Source of the DNA: the human T2T-CHM13v2.0 reference genome, Homo sapiens
DNA: 64,000 bases
Reading direction: 5' to 3' (one strand)
Assembly: GCF_009914755.1 (NCBI RefSeq)
Contig: NC_060945.1
Shown here: positions 59,213 to 64,000 of the stretch, piece after piece
How the letters are laid out: every line of letters begins with the position of its first letter
Numbering within the stretch: the first letter of the stretch is position 1
The notes under the pieces: model-generated
What the model saw: the letters and a program-made list of their open reading frames with translations, nothing else
What the model was told of the DNA's origin: nothing
Database searches by the model: none
Translations under genes and position numbers: made by a program

Positions 59213-59505
59213 TGTGATATAGTTTGGATATTTGTCCTGACCCATATCTCATGTTATATTGTAATCCCCACTGTTAGAGATTGGGCCTGGTAGGGGCTGT
59301 TTGGGTCATGGAGGTGGATCCCTCATGGCTTGGTGCTATCCTCATGATAGTGAATGAGTTCCCAAACTTCCTGACTAGTCAAGCAGATGTTGGCAGTATG
59401 CTCCCTGTACAGCCCATGGAACCAGGAGCCAATTATGTCTCTTTTCTTATAAATTATCCAATCTCAGGTATTTCTTTATAGCTATGCAAGAATGACCAAA
59501 TACAG
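59213..59505 (+). mobile_element. MST-like MaLR LTR, internally deleted
   Basis: tgtgatatagtttggatatttgtcc...ctcaggtatttctttatagctatgcaagaatgaccaaataca. Confidence 0.85.
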
Positions 59506-61736
59506 CATATATGCCACATTTTCTTTCTCCATTCATTCATTGATGGACACTTAGGTTGATTCTAGGCTATTGTGAATAGTGCTGTAATTAACCTGAGAGT
59601 CCAGAAATCTCTTTGACATACTGATTTAATAATCTTTGAATATATACCCAGTAGTGGGATTGTTGGATTATGTGATAAGTCTATTTTTAATGTTTTTGGA
59701 AGTTATATTGTTTTCCATAACAGTTGCTCTAATTTACATTTCCACCAACAGTGTATGAAAATTCCCCTTTCTTCACATCCTTGCCAGCATTTGTTATTTT
59801 TTGACTTTTTCATAAAAAGCATTCTAAGCAGGGTGAGAAGATATCTCACTGTGGATTTGACTTGCATTTCTCTGATTATTAGTGATGGTGAGCATCTTTT
59901 CGTATACCTGTTGGTGACTTTTTTTGTCTTATTTGGAGAAATGTCTATTCAGCTGTCTTGACTATTTTCTAATCCAATTATTTGTATTTTTGCTATTGAG
60001 TTGTTTGGGTTTTCTATAAATTTGGGATATTAACCCCTTATGAAGTGAATAGTTTGCAGATATTTTCTCCCATTTTGTAGGTTGTGTCTTCACTCTTGTG
60101 ATTGTTTCCTATGCAGTGCAGAAGTTTTTATTTGGTGTAATCACATTTGTTTATTTTTGCTTTTGTTGTTCATGACTTTCAATGTCTTTTCTAAAAAGTC
60201 CTTGCCCAGACCAATGACATATAACATTTCACCTAAGTTTTCTTCTACTAGTTTCATAGTTTGGGGTCTTACATTTAAATATTTAATTTATTTTGAGTTG
60301 ATTTTTGTATACGATGAGAGATAGGGGTCTACTTTCATTCTTTTGTATGTGGATATGCACTTTCCCAGCACCATTTGTTGAAAAGACTGTCTTTTCCCAA
60401 TTGAATGTTTGCACCTTTGTCAAAAATAAGTTGCATGTAAATATGTGGTTTTATGCCTGGGCTCTCTATTTTTGTTCCACTGGTCTACATGCCTGTTTTT
60501 ATGCCAATACCATGCTGTTTTAGTTAAGATAGCTTTGTGATATATTTTGAAATTAGATAGTGTAATACCTCTAGCATTGCTCTTTTTGCTTAAGATTTAT
60601 TTGGCTATTTGGGGTGTTTTGTAGTTTCACATGAATTTTAAGATATTTTTTAATATTTGTGAAGAATGAAATTGGAAATTTGATAGAGATTATATTGGAT
60701 TTATAGATTGATTTGCATAGTATGGTCATTTCAACAATGTTAATTCTTCTAGTCCATGAACATGGGATATCTTTCTATTTATTTTAATTTTTTAATTGTT
60801 TTTATCAATGTTTAATAATTTTCATCTTTCCGTGGCTTAATTTACTTGTAAGTATTTTGTTTTTTTAATAGCTATTTTAAATGGGATTACTTTCTTGATT
60901 CCTTTTTCAGATAGTCTGCTATTGGTGTATAGAAATGTTACTGATTTTTTATGTTGCTTTTGTATCCTGAAACCTTATTGTATTCATTTACTATTTCTGA
61001 TTCTCAGTGGCATATTTAGGGTTTTTTACATATATGATCATGTCATCTTCAAAGAGGGACAATTTGACTTTTTTTTTCCAATTTGGATGCCTTTTATTTC
61101 TTTCTCTTACCTAATTGTTCTGACTAGGACTTCCAGTACTATGTTGAAAAAAGTGATTAAAGTGAACATTCTTGTCTTGTTCCAGATCCGAGAGGCAAAC
61201 CTTTCAAGTTTTCACAATTCAGTACAATGTTGCCTGTGGATTATCACATATGGTCTTTATTTTATTATGTTCTTTTATAACTAATTTGTTAAAAGGTTTG
61301 ATCATAAAAAGATGTTTAATTTTGTCAAATGCTTTTTCTGCATCTATTGAAATGATTATATGTTTTTTATCCTTCATTGTTTAATATGATGTATCACATT
61401 TTATTGATTTACAGGTATTAGACTATCCTTACCTCCCCGGGTAAATACCATTTGATTATGGTGGATAATCTTTTTAATGTGCTTTTGAAATATCATTGCT
61501 AGAACTGCTGGTTTTGAATGTTTGCATCTATGTTTATCAATGATATTGGCCTGGAGTTTTCTTTTATTTGCTGTTCTTGTCTCATTTTGGAATCAGGAAA
61601 TGCTGTCTTCATAGAATGAGTTTGGAAGAGTTCCCTCCTTTTCATTTTTTTAAAATAATTTGTATAAATTTTTTAAATGTTTTGTAGAATTTGTCAGTGA
61701 AAACCACCAAGTCGTGAACTTTTCTTTCTTCCTCTA

Positions 61737-62012
61737 TTTTTTTAGAGACAGGGTCTCACTCTATCACTGAGGCTGGCATACAGTGGTGGAGTCATAGCTG
61801 ACTGCAGCCTCAAACACCTGGTCTTAAGTGATCCTCCTGCCTCAGCCTCCTGAGTACAAATGCACACCACTATACCTGGATAATTTTTATTTTTATATTT
61901 AGAGATGGAGTCTCATTGTGTTGCCCAGGCAAATCTTGAACTCCTGGCCTCTAGTGATTCTCCTGCCTTGGGCTCCTAAACTGTGAGATTACAGGTGTGA
62001 GCTACTGTGTGA
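61737..62012 (-). mobile_element. Alu (AluJ-like)
   Basis: tttagagacagggtctcactct...gattacaggtgtgagctactgtg. Confidence 0.88.
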
Positions 62013-64000
62013 AGTCTTTTGGATTTTCCTTGACTGAGAGCCTAAATCGCTCCTTCAATCTCATTATTTGTCATTGGTGTGTTCACATTTTCTATTTCTT
62101 CTTTCTTCAATTTTGATAGGTTATATGTGTCCAGAGCATACGTATTTCTTCTAAGTTTTTCGATTTATTGGTGTATAATTGTTTGTAGTACTTACTCATG
62201 ATTTCTTATATTTCTCTAGAGTCTATCATAGTATATCCTTTTTCATCTCTGATTATATGTGAATTTTCTCTTTTTTTCTTAGTCTGACAAAGCATTTGTC
62301 AATTTTACGTTTTCAAAAAAGATTCCTTCATTTAATTAGTCGTTTGTATTTTTTGTCTTCATTTTGTATATTTGTGCTCTGATATTTATATTCTTTTGCT
62401 AATTTGGGTCTTAGTTTGTTCTTGATTTTATAGTTCCTTGAAATACCTTGTTAGATGGTTTATTTATTATCTTTCTTGTTTATTGATGTAGAAATGTATT
62501 GCTATAAACTTCCTTCTAAGGACTGTTTTGCTGTATTTCATAAGTTTTCATATGTTCTGATTTCATTTTTATTTGTCTTCAGATATTTTTAAAATTAAAT
62601 TTTTTTCATTGACCCATTGGTTGTTTAAGGATATGTTGTTTAATTTGTATGTATTTGCACAATTTCTGAAGTTCCTCCTGTTGTTTATTTCTAGCTTTAT
62701 TCCATATGGTTAAAAAAACACGTGATATGATTTGTTGTTTTGATTAGCTAAGACTTGTTTTGTGGTCTAACATATCTATCATGGACAATATTCCATATGC
62801 AGGTGAGAAGACTGTGAATTATGCAATTGTTGGATGAAATGTTATGTAAATAGCTGTTAAATTCTTTTGATCTAGAGTGCAGTTCAAATGTTTCTTTGTT
62901 GAGATTCTCTCTCAATGATCTGTTCATTGCTGAAAATCGGATGTCGAGGTTTCTTACTATTATTGTACAGCTTTTTGTCTCTCCTTTTAGATCTATTAAT
63001 GTTTGCTTTATATATTTAGGTTCTCCAATGTTGAGTGCATTATATAATTACAATTATTGTATTCTCTTGTTGTACTGACCCCTTTATTATTACATAATGG
63101 CCTTGTTTGTCTGTGTTTACTTTTTTTTTACTTGAAGTCTATTTTATTTGATATAAATATAACTACTTCTGCATTCTTTGGTTTCCATTATCATAAAATA
63201 TATTTTTTCATCTGGTCACTTCCAATTTTTGTGTGTATTTACAGGTGATGGGAGTCTCTTGTAGAAAGAATATAGTTAGGTCTTGTTTTTAATCCATTTA
63301 CCCATTCTCTGTCTTCTTACTGGATAGTTTAATCTATTTCAATTCAAGGTAATTATTGATAGATAAGGACTTGTACTGCCATATACTGTTTTCTTGTTGT
63401 CTTTTAGAATTTTTGTACCTTTTTGTCCCTTTGTTGTCTTCCTTTGTAGTTAAGTGATTTTCTCTGTGTGTTTTTGTTTCTTGTTCTTTTATTTTTAGTG
63501 TATCTAATAAAAGTGTTTGCCTTTTGGTTACTATGAGGCATGTGAAGAATATTTTATAGTTTCAATAGGTAATTTTGAATGGATAACAACTTAATTTTGA
63601 TAATAAGAAATGGGGAAAAGCAAACACTCTGCTCTTTAACTCAGTCACTCCCCCACATTTTGCATTTTTGATGTCTTAATTTACATCTTTTATATCACTT
63701 ATCCCTTAACAAATTATTGTAGTTTTTATTGTTTTTGTTTTGTATTTTAACCTTCTTACTAAAAACATGTAAGTGGATTACATTCAATTATTACTATATT
63801 AGAGCATCCTGAATTTGTCTGAATATTTATTTTTACCTGCAGATTTATACCTTCCAATTTTTTGTATTACATATTAGTGACCTTTTTTTTCAGTTTGAAG
63901 ACTGTTCTTTAACATTTCTTTTAAGGCAGGTATGGTTACAATGAATTCCTTTAACTTTGTTTGTCTTAGAATGTTTTAACCTCTCCTTCATTTCTAAATG

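Larger units (their letters stand above)
58920..64000 (-). mobile_element. Long L1MA-type element running off the window, interrupted by an MST LTR and an Alu
   Basis: Antisense 3' end at ~58920; degenerate ORF2 blocks (gacaatttgact, ctaggacttccagtactatgttgaa, ttttctgcatctattgaaatgat). Confidence 0.85.

Overview
Hominoid (human-like) genomic DNA, AT-rich and packed with repeats, that looks like an FRG1-containing segmental duplication. The main feature is a complete 9-exon unprocessed FRG1 paralog on the minus strand (about 28.5-50.84 kb) with its CpG-island promoter. It is disabled by an exon-1 donor GT>CT change, a 1-nt deletion in exon 2, a TGG>TGA stop in exon 3 and a damaged exon-9 acceptor. 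Exon 3 (from an internal ATG) through exon 8 still forms an open, canonically spliced frame. Downstream of the gene are an isolated MLLT10-derived exon on the + strand, nested L1s, a class III ERV pol remnant with an MLT2 LTR, a 75-bp minisatellite grown from one arm of a ~340-bp inverted duplication, and a HERV-K(HML-2) LTR5 solo LTR with a 6-bp TSD inside a (CA)-rich array. Upstream of the promoter is mostly old L1, MaLR and DNA-transposon sequence. I see no intact conventional protein gene, tRNA, rRNA or CRISPR array, and I cannot support a wholly new biological system. The best leads are the residual FRG1 ORF, candidate read-through exons, the palindrome/minisatellite structure and a duplicated-CRE element. 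FRG1, MLLT10 and repeat-family assignments come from recalled sequences, not from a search; subfamily names and repeat boundaries are approximate.
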